Below, in pieces: positions 1 through 13,012 of a stretch of 64,000 bases of DNA. Position 1 is the stretch's first letter. Each line of letters opens with the position of its first letter. The translations under genes were made by a program, and so were the position numbers. This DNA comes from Felis catus (taxonomy: Eukaryota), in contig NC_058368.1 in assembly GCF_018350175.1 (NCBI RefSeq), positions 71,984,001 through 72,048,000 on the forward strand, written 5' to 3'. The notes under the pieces were generated by a model. It was not told the origin of the DNA. It saw only the letters and a program-made list of their open reading frames with translations, and did not search any database.

Positions 1-59
1 TCTCTTTCTCTCACACCACATACACAACCCCTCTTTTACACCACACATTTGACCCCTCA

Positions 60-420
60 GCATATTCTGTTGGCTTTGTCTCCACAATACATCCAGATTC
101 TGTTCCTTGTCACCATCTCTGCTGCCAACACCTTGGTCCAGGCCATCCTCATCTCAAGCCTGGATTACCACAATAACCTTCTGCTGGCTTTCCTATTCCA
201 TCCTTGTCCTGGATAGGTTATTATCAATCTAGCAGCTTTATTAAAACCCAAAGCAGATTATTCTCCTCCTCTTTTGAAGCTGTCTACTGGCTCCTCATCT
301 TCCTTACAGTAAAAGCCATAGTGCTTCTCATGATCTACAAGGCTCCACAGTCTCACCTTTGTTCCCCTCTGGTCTCTGTGACTGCCACCTCACTCTGCTC
401 CAGCCCAAGATGATTTCTTA
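60..420. mobile_element. Ancient L2 LINE fragment
   Basis: L2-like motifs (ggtccaggccatcctcatctc...cctggattacc; aaagccatagtgctt...ctacaaggc); boundaries approximate. Confidence 0.5.
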
Positions 421-1179
421 CTCTTTCTCTCAGCCATAAACCCAGTGTTGGTCTGAGTCTGGATTCATTGCTGATGTTCCATCAAGTGCCCTCAACTAGT
501 GTCTTTTGAATCTGTTCCAAAAATCATCTCAACACCTTCTGGAGAAAATGTAAGTCATCCATCCAATTTATCAGTGAGATAAATCAACTGTACTTCCAAA
601 ATATGTGTTAATGGGTTATTTTTTCATCATCTTCACTGCCTACCAACCCTCAGCCCCCCACCAGTTTATTTATTTCTGGACTAGTGCTTTCCAGCTCTGT
701 CTTTTCTCTCTGACTGGACTCACGTCCTAGAGATATTTATACTGCTGATTCCCTCACCTCCTTTCAAGTATTTACTCAAATGTGTTCTTCTCAAGGAAGC
801 CTATCTTGACTACTCTATTTAAAATTATAACCAGTACATTTTTCTATTAGAATATAAACTCCATGGAAGTGGGCATCATTTCTTTTGTTTTTAAATTGAT
901 GTATCCTAGGAGTGCAGAACAGTGTCTGACAATAGTAAGCACTCATTGCATATTAGTTTAATGAATGATTAAGCTAGAAAGTCCTAGTTTTATATCTGGA
1001 TTTGATATTGTGGGACATTGGGCAAGACACTTCAATCTCCTGAAATCTGGATTTTTCACTTATGGAGAAACTATGGTATGCAACTCCTACTTCATGATTT
1101 CATGGTGATGCTCAGATTTTCACAAAAACATTTAAAAATACAGTCATCACTGTGCAGTTGTGATGTGGCTAAAGATGCA

Positions 1180-1239
1180 GAGGTCATGGATGGCACATTG
1201 AGTTCATGGATGGCACGGTGAGGTTATGGATGGCATGTG
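1180..1239 (+). repeat. Degenerate 20-bp tandem repeat x3 (core ATGGATGGCA)
   Basis: GAGGTCATGGATGGCACATT / GAGTTCATGGATGGCACGGT / GAGGTTATGGATGGCATGTG. Confidence 0.85.
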
Positions 1240-2027
1240 GGCTTATGCCCAGCCCAAGAGCTGCCCTGGCTGTTGGCCCACATGGTTCATACTGATCCTT
1301 GCAATCTTGAAAGTCACATCCCAAGTTATCACGTGCTTTGTGACCAAATCTTGTGTGAATAATTGTGCTCTGGATTTCAAAAATACTGTTTCCTGGGGTT
1401 TACAATTTTTTAATTTTAAGTAAGTTCTTTATTAAACATACTTGTGTCAGAAACATTTGTCGTTTTCTGAAACTGATGATTTGTAATTAGAGCAGGTTCA
1501 CTGGTGCCTAGAATTTTAAGAATCTTGGTTTAGAGAGTTCTTGATCATTTTTAATGAGTTTCCTAACTTTGGGCATTGTGTTACATGCCTTTATTCATCC
1601 TAAGATTTGTTAGCAGCTTAAAAATAAAATTTTTAATTTTTACTGACAAAAGTAGTAGAGATTCAGCCATAAATCTAAGGGTTTTCTAGAAAGGAGAGAT
1701 GATTTTGCTCATTCATCTTGGGGACTCCTAGAATTGTTTAGGGATATGTTGTAGGGTGGCTGGAATTTCTGTAATTATTGGTAGAGATGGAGGCAAAATA
1801 TTTTGTTCATATTGCCTCTCTAATTTTGTTCAGAATGTTGTACTTGGGAAACACATAGTATAACACAAACAACAGCATTAAAAGACACCAACATGAAGAT
1901 AGTCAACAATTAAGTGTTTTATGACTAAGGAGACCATATCATTTCATAGGTGAATGACAACTTACCGTATAGCTGTTTATAGAATAACTAAGTATTATTT
2001 TTACTCTGATCAAAAATAGGAAGTTTG

Positions 2028-2218
2028 GGGGGTTTGGGTGGCTTAGCTCAGTCGGTTAAGTGTCCAACTCTTGATTTTGGCTCAGATCATAATCCTACGG
2101 TTTGTGGGAGCCCCCCATTGGGCTCTGCACTGACAGTGTGGAGTCTGCTTGGGATTCTCTCTCTCCCTCTCTCTGTCCCTCCTCTGCTCATGTGCATGTG
2201 TGTTCTATCTCAAATAGA
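2028..2218 (+). mobile_element. Can-SINE (older carnivore/feliform subfamily)
   Basis: tRNA-derived head (gctcagtcggttaagtgtccaactcttgattttggctcag), CT-rich body, decayed tail. Confidence 0.85.
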
Positions 2219-2324
2219 GAAACTTTATCAATAGAGAGCTCAGTACATTCCCACTTAAATGTTTTCTGTGTGATGAGACTGGTATTAAACTTTCTTCTCT
2301 CCTACCCATGAGGTTTTTTAAAAA

Positions 2325-2910
2325 AATATTTTATTGTGTACATAGCAGAAGATTTACCATTTTAACCATTTTTAAGTGTATAATTCAGTGACATTAAGTA
2401 TATTCACAGTGTTGTGCAGTTATCACCACCATCTGTCTCCAAAACTGAAACTCTGTACCCATGAAACAACTCCTCCTTCCCTCTATCCCCAGTCCTTGGT
2501 AGCCGTTATTCTACTTTCTGTCTCTATGCATTTGACTATTCTAGCTACCTCACATAAATGGAATTGTACTCTACTTGTCCTTTTGTCTGGCTTATTTTAT
2601 GTAGTTTAAATATTTTTAAGATTCATCCATATGGTAGCATACATCAGAATTGTATTCTTCTTAATGCCTGACTAATATTTTATTGTATGGATATACCAAA
2701 TCTTGTTTATTCATTCATATGTTGGTGGACACTTGAGTTACTTCCACCTCTTGGCTATTGCGATTAAAGCTTCTATGAACATGGGTGTATAAATATCTGT
2801 CCCTGCTTTCAATGCTCTTGGGTATATACTGAGAAGTAGATTTGCTGGAACATGTGGAAATTCTATGCTTAATTTTGTTTTTGTATTTGTTTTGAGGGAC
2901 TACCATACTC
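2325..2910 (-). mobile_element. Old L1 (L1MB-like) 3' end
   Basis: Typical antisense L1M 3' text (aaccatttttaagtgtataattcagtgacattaagtatattcacagtgttgtgca...). Confidence 0.8.
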
Positions 2911-3538
2911 TCACCAGCTTTTAAATAAAATTTCATCCTCCTCAACCTCTAAAGAGTGCTTGAGCTCTGCCTTCCCAATTCCCAGACTGATTATGAAGTA
3001 GAAGTAGGATCATGGGTTGAGAGAATTAAATGGTGGGTAAAGGGTCCCTTCATGTCTGGTGAAGCTCTCCATGTCCTTTTGTGGTGGAGAATGCAGATAA
3101 TGAGCCAAGACAAGTAGAAATAAAGCCAAGAACTAAGATAATCACCATAATAAGAAAGCTGGGGTAGGAGAAAGGAGGTGAATGTCAGCAACTTGGCAAG
3201 GAAGAGGCATTGGCACAATTGCACGATTGACAGAAGACAAGGAGGAAGGAAGCTTCTAAGAAGTGTTCCTGCTGTGAGTTGTGAGTTGTAACTACTAATT
3301 GTTCTTAGATAAACCTAAAGTTTGGAATCCCTCTCAAATTTTCTCTTGGCTGCTGAGTTGGGTTCCTGACATTTGATTCTCTGCAGAGACTGAGTCATAT
3401 GAAGCCCATAGATACATGAGACTTACACCTGAATTGGCCAAAGTGGCTAAACTTTATGCTATTATAATAGCCAAATCTTTAATACTTAGTAAATGAAAAA
3501 AAAAAAAGAAAGAAAGAAAGAAAGAAAGAAAATCACTA

Positions 3539-3750
3539 GGAGCACCTGGGTGGCTCAGTCAGTTAAGCATCCATTTTGGCTCAGGTCATGATCTCACCGT
3601 TTGTGAGTTTGAGCCCCGTGTTGGGCTCTGTGCTGACAGCTCAGAGCCTGGAGCCTGCTTCAGATTCTGTGTCTCCCTTTCTCTCTGCTCCTCCCCTGCT
3701 CATGCTCTGTCTCTCTCTCCTTCAAAAATAAATAAACATTCAAAAAAATT
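3539..3750 (+). mobile_element. Feline Can-SINE, preceded by an A/(GAAA)n tract at ~3496-3532
   Basis: gcacctgggtggctcagtcagttaag...gacagctcagagcctggagcctgcttcagattctgtgtctccc...aaaataaataaac. Confidence 0.92.
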
Positions 3751-4676
3751 ACTTTTTTAAAAAAGGAAAAATATCACTCCATTAGAAGCAAAGCAACAAG
3801 GTAATAATAAAACATTAATTCTTTTTTCTTTGGCCTTCAGGCTACAACTTTTTACTTAAAATAAATGTAGCTTTGAGAAGATTATTTTTGTTGCCTGCAG
3901 CACAGCTTTTCAGCTCTGACTTTAACCAGAATTGTGCACTTGAATATTCATAAGTACAAATTGCAAACTCAAATCAGAATTATTTTTATAGGATACCAAC
4001 TAGAAACAATGTCACCATTTATTTGGAAAAAACAATATGGTGAGTGGGATGGAATGAAGTTCTGGTAACAAAATTTTCCTAACCCTAAATTGGGCTGTGT
4101 TCTGACACATGGTCTGATAAGGCAAAATATTTTAAATCAGTAGAGTCCTGGAAAACCCAGGACATATGGCAGCCTTAGTTTGGGTACTAAAATAAGATCC
4201 CTTACTCAGACATGATTTTTTTCAGCAAATTAAACAGCAGTACCCCACTACATTTATGGATTTCTTGACTTATTGATTCAGTCTCTTCTTAGCAGGGTGT
4301 AGACTCTCTTCAATGTATGTTTCCAGTTTTATCTTTTGATGCTACCCTCTCTCATGGTCTACCCTCCACCCATCTGAAATTACTTAGTTTCACTGTATAT
4401 GCCATGCTGTCCATGCTTTGCATGTGTTCGTTCCTCTGTATGAAATACTTTTCCCTGCACTTTTTGCCCAGATAATCTCTGCTGATTTCTCTAGTTTAAG
4501 CATATCTCCTAGGAGAAGGTGTCTTATGCCACTTTGTACCCTTATCTTTTTTTTCCTGATGCTTTCTCTATGCCTTCAAGTATTCCCGGTAAACCTCTAT
4601 CACAGTGTATTGCACATCGGATGAGAAATGTTGGTTTACTTTTTGTCGTCTCCCTAGGATAGTAAGCTGTTTGAGG

Positions 4677-5066
4677 GTACATTCGTTTGCTAGGGCTGTC
4701 ATTACAAAATAACCCAGACTGGGTGGCTTAAACAACAGAAATGCATTTTCTTACAGCTCTGGAGTTTGGAAGCCCAAGATCAAAGTGCTGATAATGTTGG
4801 CATTTCCTATGGCCTCTCTCCTTGGCTTACAGATGGCTACCTTCTTTTTGTGTCCTCACATGGCCTTCTCTCTGTGCACAACAGCATTGCTGGTATCTTT
4901 TCCTCTACTTATAAGGATACTAGTCATGTTGAATTAAAGCCCCACACTTATGACTTTATTTAACCTGAATTCCCTCTTTATAGATCCTATCTCCAAATAG
5001 CACTTGGGGGAGTATGGCTCTAACATATGAATTTTGGGGAGACAGGCACACAATTGAGTCCAGCTA
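4677..5066 (-). mobile_element. MaLR LTR (MLT1-like)
   Basis: ctagggctgtcattacaaaataacccagactgggtggcttaaacaacagaaat...tatgaattttggggagaca. Confidence 0.8.
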
Positions 5067-5499
5067 ATGAGGACAAAGTCCATTTCTTATTTGAATTCGT
5101 ATCTCCGCTTCCTACCAAACTGCTTGATACCCAGTAAGCAACCAATCAACACATACGTACTAAAAGATCAGTAACAAGTGGATGAATAAATGAATAAAGC
5201 AACAGAAGACTGCCTTGTCAAGGTTTGAAGGAATCGGGACTTAAGAGGAGATATTCACAGAGGTGACAGCCAGAGTTGTAGTAAAGGACATGATTATAAA
5301 GAGAGAGAGAGTTTGCAGAGAAAAAAAGAGCAATGCTGCAAATAGGGAGGGGTAAACAAGAGAAGGACACAGCAGAAGAGACTAGGCGCAGCATAGATTG
5401 AACCTGGAAGAAAAGAGTTTGTGAGGTAAGGGAGGACATCCGCAATGTTAAATATTGAAGGAAGATGAGGTTACTGGATCTCATAGATAAAAATCATTG

Positions 5500-6790
5500 G
5501 TGCACACCCCCCAGGATGGCTAAAATAAAAGAGATTTAAAAAAAATACCGAGTTTTGGCAAGGATATGAAACAACCAGAAACTCACACACTGCTAGTGGG
5601 ATGTAAATTGTTACAACTATGACAGGAGAAGATAGGATTCAGTAGGCAGAGAGGGAAAGATTAGCACCCGAGGTCCCTGGGTGGGGAAAATCACCTATTT
5701 TGGAACAATGCTGGGAGTGTGTGACAACAGCAAACCCCCTCAGGTGTAAGTTTCCTCTTAACAAGTAACAGACCCCACCTACTACCCCTCAGGTTTCCCT
5801 TCAGGAATTTGACAAAAGACCTAAGTATGGCCATAGACCACCCCTCGTGCAATGAAAACAAGCCAATCAGGAATGGACAACCCAGCACCTAGAGCTATCC
5901 AGCCAATAAGGGTAGAATTTGAGAAGGAACAAGGGGGAAAGGAAGGGGAGGGCTGACCAGAGCCTTATAAAACAAGGACCCTCCCCTATAGTCCTCAGGT
6001 ATTCACTTTCTAATGTCCCCTTTCTGTAAGGGGAGCTTTCCTACTAGTCTTCATTTCTAATCTTATATTGTAATAAACTTTTGCCTACTGCTCATTTTGT
6101 GTCCACCTCTTCATTCTTCGAAGTGGCGAGACAACGATTCCCAGGTATTGTGGTGAAAAAAAAAATCCTGCAGCACAACTGCTCTGGAAACTGGCAGTGT
6201 CTATAACATTACAACTGAAGATATGAATACTCTGTACCCCCTGCCCCGCCATTTATTTCTAAATGTATACTCAGTAGAAATGTGTGCGTGTGTTTATTGA
6301 AAGATATATACTAGGATGTTCATAGCAGCACTATTCATAAAATCTCTCAGATTGGAAGCTACTCGAATGCCCATCAAAAGTGAAATAGATAACACCTTGT
6401 AACATATCCACACAATGATAAGTTACAGGAACGAGATGGATGAACTACAACTACGCTCAACGATATGGATAAACATATAATTCCAATGTTGGACAAAAGA
6501 AGACACATGCGAAGGAATACATATGGTATGTTTCCCTTTATAGGAAGTTTACAAACAAGCAACAGGACTGTATGGCTTCAGAAGTCAGGATAGCAGTTAA
6601 CTTGTTGAGGAAAGGGGCAGTAAGTGACAGGAAGACATGAGTAGGAAGTCTGGAATTCTGCTAATGTTCTGTTTCTTGGTCTGGGTGCTGGTATATAGGT
6701 GTGTTCAGTTTGTATACATTCAATGAGCTTTTCATTTATGATTTGTCCACTTTGTGTATATTGCTCTTCAAGAAACATTTAAAAAAGCAA
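5500..6790 (+). mobile_element. Old L1M 3' region split by an LTR at 5618-6175
   Basis: L1 text continuous across the LTR (gggatgtaaattgttacaac | tgctctggaaactggcagtg); ends at an A-rich tail near 6785. Confidence 0.7.
5618..6175 (+). mobile_element. Solo ERV1-class LTR
   Basis: 4-bp TSD CAAC (5614-5617, 6176-6179); 3' end CA, 5' end reads TA (TG presumed mutated); CCAAT at 5863 and 5903, TATAAAA at 5966, AATAAA at 6072. Confidence 0.8.
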
Positions 6791-7087
6791 TTAAAATTTC
6801 AATAAGTAATGAAGTGATGTAATATTCTGATGGTCTGACCTAAGCAAAAAGAAGTTTTAAAGTTTTGGTGTCTAAGAAAGCATTACTGAAGAGAGGATAA
6901 CTATGAAATTTTGTTGGTGGAATGAAGGAACAGATTATGAGGGTTTTTGTCTGACTTAAGACATTTGGCAGCAGGAGAAGTAAACCCAAGCTATGTAAGC
7001 ATAGCTGGAGCAGAGAAAGAGATTTTACTTCATTTCGGTTTTTTCCTTTTCATTTAAAGTAGGGAATAACCCAAGAATAGAAAGGTA

Positions 7088-7588
7088 TTGCAGGGGAAGA
7101 AAAAATATTTTCTCTTTTCTTCTAGGTTCTTGGAAGGGGCCCCTGTAACAAAAGACAGATTAATAAAAGAAAAACAAACAATTTTATTAACATGTATATG
7201 TCATAGATATGAGAAATAAGTGTGGTTAAAGAGATGGTTTAGAATTCAGGCTTAAATAACTATCTTCAGCTAACTCAAAGAAAGAAGGGTGTGGGGAAGG
7301 CCACTTAAGAGGAGGTGACCAGGAAAACATAGTAAACAAGGGAAAGGTTGGTTATGATTTAAGTCTTCTCCGTTGATAAAGAGTCTCTTGTGACTTGGAC
7401 CTATTTTCCTCTTTCTAGTACTGAAAGGGAGATACCCTTACAGATGGAGATTTCCTTTATAAATGTAAATTTCCCTTACAAAGGATAACTTATACCATTT
7501 TCAGAGCTTCTCCTGTGCCTGCTGTTTCTCAAAAGCAAATCTTAACCGGAGAGGCATATTTGGGGTGGCATACTCTGGAATCCTATAG
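7088..7588 (-). mobile_element. MER34-like ERV1 LTR
   Basis: gaggcatatttggggtggcatactctg is the reverse complement of the MER34-type start as I recall it; also tgtaacaaaagacagattaa. Confidence 0.6.
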
Positions 7589-7656
7589 TATCAAGGAGGG
7601 GGAAATTTGAGGTATCACTGAGGAGGCATGTTGAAAGTAAGTCTCAGAGAAGGCAT

Positions 7657-8576
7657 TGATGAGGGAGCGTGGGGCAAGCTGAGGGCAAAGTACAGGCTAA
7701 CAGCACCCCGCCCCGCCCCCCCCCCCCCCACCAGGTAGGTTATGTGTGATATTCTTCAGACACTGGTGGCTGCCCAAGAACAGGGAAAAGGAAAGAAAGC
7801 AAATGGTTGACTGATAGAGATCACAGTCCTACAGAACAGGGGTTTCCTGCAGTTTACAGATAATTTAGTAAACTGCAAGAAAAAGGCAATCTTATCCATA
7901 GTCTAAACTCCAGAAACCTATAGACTCTGTTTCATAGAGCCCTAATGCCCTCATCAAGATGGAAAGGGGTTTAAGTGCTTGCCATTGTGATGTGGGGAAC
8001 TAAGGCAAATGAAAAATTAAATTCCCTTACTGCCTATGGTCCACTGAGAAGTCCTTGAAACTGGCAGAGTGACCTCCCTCTGGGAGCTCAGCTGCCCTGA
8101 TGATGACACTTTGCTATGGGCAAAAGGGAATCTTGGCTTTATATTTTTCCAACCCCCAGGATCTTGTAAGTCTATTTTAACATATAAAAATTCCTTTGGA
8201 AACTTCCTTTATCTCAACTCTCCCAAGATACATGCTGACAATCATACTTCAAGCTTATGGCCTCCAATATACATCTGAAGGGTCTCATGACTGAGATTTT
8301 ACTAAATGGTAACAAATGGTGTTTCTATAGCAAAGGCTAGCCCCTCAAGGTCCCGGGAACCTTGCTTCCAAAATTCCTCAGACTACTCTATCCCTGACCC
8401 CCTCCCAACCTGAGGGTATGTAAGGAGTTATCTGTCACGACCCCAGTGCAGCTCTTCCTGCCCATAGGTCCTATCACCAGACTTTAATAAAATCACCTTT
8501 TTGCACCAAGACATCTTCAAGAATTCTTTCTTGGCCATTGGCTCTTACCACCCTACCATCATCCCCCAAAACATCA
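7657..8576 (+). mobile_element. Solo ERV1-class LTR (carnivore type), ~920 bp
   Basis: Inverted termini TGATG...CATCA, TSD GCAT/GCGT (one difference at a CpG), GC boxes near 7705, AATAAA at 8486. Confidence 0.7.
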
Positions 8577-9389
8577 GCGTGAAGATGGGATTAGGGACAA
8601 AGGTAGAAAGTGTGGGTCCTTGGAAAAGGATTAAGCCCTCTTCCTTAGGTATAGGATGGCCAGGCAGCAAGGAAATTGAGGCTCCTGGGCTCCTGTAGGT
8701 GTCTGAGTCCAGTCTAGAACATTAAATGTAGGAGGTGGGTGTGAAGATGGGTCTTAAAAGAGTGCAAGATTAGCAATCATGTCAGCAGGGAACATACTGG
8801 TGAGACAAGAGAAGAATGCCTGCTTTGCATGACTCTGGAGGGATCCCATGAGCCTCCTATGCATTTTGTGGTACAATGGTGTGGAGTTCAGGGTGAAATG
8901 GAGAGACAGCAGTCAGAAGTGTTGCCCACACAATGTTGAGCATAAGTAAAGTTCTAAAAAGGTGAGCGGTTCTAGAAGGATCTTTACCAAATAGCTCTGC
9001 ATGGTCTTCAGAGTTGCTGTTTGGCAGGGGTCAGTTGGAGTGTCCTGGGAGAGAGGGTCAAAGGGACTAGGGGTTGGGGAGTGCGTTCAGTCCCCGGAGG
9101 GAAGGGGGGAGACGGCAGGCCAGGCCTTTTCTGGCCTCAGGAGAGATTTCTTGTCCTTCCTAAATTTCAACTCTTTCACCCCACATGCACCTCAGAGTGA
9201 GCATTTTATTGTGGTCACAACCTCTTTATATAAAGCCCCTTAATAAATGGAAACTCAGGATAAACATTTTTTTACATAAAGAGATGAATCCCTCACATTC
9301 CGTGGCAGTGGTCTTCGTGGTTGTTTACAGATGGATTCACATCTGGAGATCCTATCAGCCCCAAGAGGCCCATGACATTGTGTCCGATA

Positions 9390-9603
9390 TTTTTTTTTAA
9401 TGTTTTTATTTATTTTTGAGAGAGAGAGACAGAGTGTGAGCAGGGGAGGGGCAGAGAGAGAGAGGAAGACACAGAATCCAAAGCAGGCTCCAGGCTCTCA
9501 GCTGTCAGCACAGAGCCCGACACGGAGCTCAAACTCACAGACCGCAAGATCATGACTTGAGCTGAAGTCGGACGCTTAACCAATTGAGACACCCAAGACA
9601 CCC
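9390..9603 (-). mobile_element. Feline Can-SINE
   Basis: Poly-T, tttatttatttttgagagagagagacagag...gaagtcggacgcttaacc. Confidence 0.92.
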
Positions 9604-12463
9604 AGGTCTAATATTCTAATGTAAGAAAAGGGTCCCTAAAATGTTGGTGACTCCAAGCGAAAGGTCCCTGTGCCACGGGAGAGCTGCAGATAGAATGGAT
9701 TTCTTAACCCAGAAGCCAGGTCCCTCATTTATAAATAATACCATCAGTTATGCTCTTTTTGTTTTCTAAAAAGCAAACTTGAAAATATACTCTTTTTACT
9801 CACAGAGCCATTAAATAGAGGCTCATTTTACCACCTGGGTTATTAGCCCTGACTAGCCTTCGACACGGAGCTAGGTTTTTATCCACATGAAACCCTCTGT
9901 CACCACCATCATTATCTGCTGCTTCTACCCCAATTTCTCATATTACACACTATCTGCCTCATTACCCCAAATTGGAGAATTTTAGGCAGAATCATCTGAG
10001 AAAATATCGGAGGTAAAAAGAAGCCATTACAGGCTGTTGATGTCTTGTTTGCTACTTTTCTGCTCATTTTACTGCTCTTAACCCCCTAGAAAAGGAACTG
10101 AATTATAATCAACTGCAATTTATCAGTGCGAATGGAGGGGAGAAGAGACCCTGGTAACACAAGATTGCAAGTAATGAGAGATAAATGTAGGGAAGAGACA
10201 ACATATGAATATGTGCTTTTTAGGTATTATAAATATCTGCCCTGATAACTTTGGGATTCAACTAGAATGTCTGTGGCCTGGGATGGGGAAGGTGGTGGGA
10301 CAAGACTAAGTAGGGCTAACGCAAACTTGATCATTGGCAGAGGCAGGGCGAGCCGTGTGGGAGAAAACAACAAGCAGAAAATTGAGAGCTAATTTGCGGC
10401 CAACTACAATGGAAAACAGACGGTATATCTGAGCCAGGTTGGCATATGCCATTCATTTTCTCATTTGAAAAAATTGCCACATTACTTTTATTCTATGATT
10501 GGTGTTGCTATGAACCACCTGAAAGTAGACCTTTCTTGTTGGTGAACCCCAGGGAAAATTCACGTGCAGTATGGCTCTCAACTTTTATTTCTGTAGAAAT
10601 GGACATACAGCGTGGTGCATGTCAGTCTGATGAAGGGGCCCCAATCTGGACTGTCCTCTGAAGCATGCACATGTGAAATTGGAAGACCGGCTGTGGCTGT
10701 CTGTGGGTAGGACAATGTATTCTTACCACGCTGACATCTCATTTCTATAGGAAGGCAGGGATCATTTTGCTGGATTCTGCACATAAGTCAAAATAAATCA
10801 AGATCTGCATTAGAACTGAAATCTCGATTGCTTTTTCCATTAGATTTGCTTGGGCTGTCTATGCATTAGAAGGAGAGAAGGGGCAGACACAGAGTGGCAA
10901 AGAAACCTTTATTTATAATTTATTTTTTGCATTTTAATTCTAGCCAAAAGAATCAGCCATGTCAGAACTTAGGGTTTTAATGACTGAATGTGAGACAAAT
11001 CTAAGCATTCCTACAATTGTTTCCCTTTCTAAAATACTGTTTTCTGTCTTGTCCTTAACTGTCACCTATGGGGTCATGTCAATCCATGACACATGAGACA
11101 CCCTTCATCCTTGAAAGCTCATACTCCAGAGTCACAGTTTCTTAATATTTGTTTGGTTAAGTGCCACCTTTCAAGACCCAGTTATTACTGTAGCCAATTA
11201 ACTAGTTCACTGGCTCATGAAAGCTGTAATGCTTCTGGAAGCAATAAAATTAAAGCTCAGAGCTCCTTTAAAAAGGCAGAGAGAATTGGCAGGGCTTTCT
11301 GTTGTTGTTGTAGGCATTGTTAGCTGTCCTTCATGTCTGAGAAGGCTGAGCTATCAAGAGTTTTACTGTATCCTTTGATGTATGAAGAATCCAATTCAGA
11401 GCTTACCCTGTGTACATTTTGCTGAGACCAAGCCAGTATTCGGGTTAGAGAGTAGGTATTAGCAAGGTCTTCACAGCAAAGGTTTTTTGCCCTAATAAAT
11501 GCCATAACAGAAGCTGGTTAGCTCCTTATTTCTCTTTCCTCTGAGTCCAGAATTAGATCACATTGTCCAGCCTCCTCCCCCTTGAAGTAGGAGTGTCCCT
11601 GGGATCGAGATCTGTCTGATAGAATGTGCCCGAAAGTAATGTTCATACCTCTAGGCCTGGCTCCATGGTCTTTCTGGCATTATACAGACAAACGTGGTAA
11701 CTTAGAGAATCTGGTGTTGAAGGTGATGGAGCCATGTGGTAAAAGGAGCCTGCGTCCTTGAATCATTGCTCTGAGGACAACTGTCCACTGATTTGGAGGA
11801 ATCTTTATCGAGAAAAATAGACATCTGTTCTCTGAAGCCACTGAGACTTAGGTTTTATCTGTTAAATCTTTAGTTTCTCCTTAGCTGGAACTCTAGACCA
11901 GCATATGTCTAAATTTAATGCATGTTGACATTATTTTGGCCCCCTATGACAAGCAATTTCAGATTCACTCTTGTTACATGAAGGTCTGTGTATCTGCCAG
12001 AATTAACTATTCCAAATCCTTGTAAGACAGGAGTTTTCTAAAGATCAGTTAAAATTAGTGATCAGAAGGCCTCAGTATGCAAAGCACTCTGGAAGGCGTT
12101 GGGTAGGGACAATGGCTATGGAATCAATATGATACTGTCAGAGCACACGGAAACAAAGGTGACCGCATACAGTGCACACGCTCTGTAACTGAATGTTCAG
12201 AACTCAAAAACAGTGGTTACTAGAAGGGCTGGGGGGTCTGAGGCTACATTGAGCTGACGAACCAGTGCTTGAACTCTTGGAGCTGAGTTGGTTCGGGTTT
12301 CCTTCTGAGGCTGCCTCAGGCCTAGGGACACAGATGGAGACAGTCATAGCAAGAGTGACAGTGCTTTTCACCCACGGTCCCACCCACGAGGTTCTCTTGC
12401 ACTCTTGCCAGAGATCTTTGTATTAGGCTCCCCAGACATACCTTAGCCCTTTCAGGCTATTTT

Positions 12464-13012
12464 TGTGGAAATAAACAAAGACGAACCACATGAGGAAAAA
12501 CAGGCTGTTTATTCTGGGCTTGTTAGAGCAAGAGAGGCAGTGATGGTTGCTTGCATTTGGCAGAGATTGAAAAGCAGGCAGAGGATGGGACAGCTTCACA
12601 GAGGAAAAGGGGAAGGCTCCAGGGGTGCCCTGACTGGAGGCTGCTGGCCTCAGGAAACTAGAGGTGTGTTAACTAGAACCAGAAGACCTATGCCATTGGG
12701 TTAGGGGTGCGTATGTGGCTTTCTCTGGTTGGTCCAAGTTGGAAGTGAGGTAAAACAGTACAGAAGCTGTCAGTTATGACCTAAGTCCTGGCCATTTGGG
12801 GTAGGTTAGCTTCTTGCATTGTTTCTAGAGATAGCACTCTGGCTTCCTGCAAGGCTGAGTTGCAGCAGGCCGGTTTCCTGGGCTATTTACTGCAGATAGG
12901 GGGTTGGTTCCCTGTAGATGGGGGGTAGGTGGGCAGGTTGCCATGTGTTGTGGGTCAGAGTCTATTTTTTACATATGTTTGGCCATTGCTTGTATGTATA
13001 TTCAGTCTCTTA
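12464..13012 (-). mobile_element. MER90/MER110-like ERV1 LTR
   Basis: tgtggaaataaacaaagac...gggtcagagtctatttt...ggccattg...attcagtctct; homologous to 35402-35810. Confidence 0.6.

Noticed and set aside
1180..1239. CRISPR-like repeat-spacer look of the 20-bp units
   Set aside because: Eukaryotic DNA; units are contiguous and homologous along their length, with no unique spacers or cas genes.
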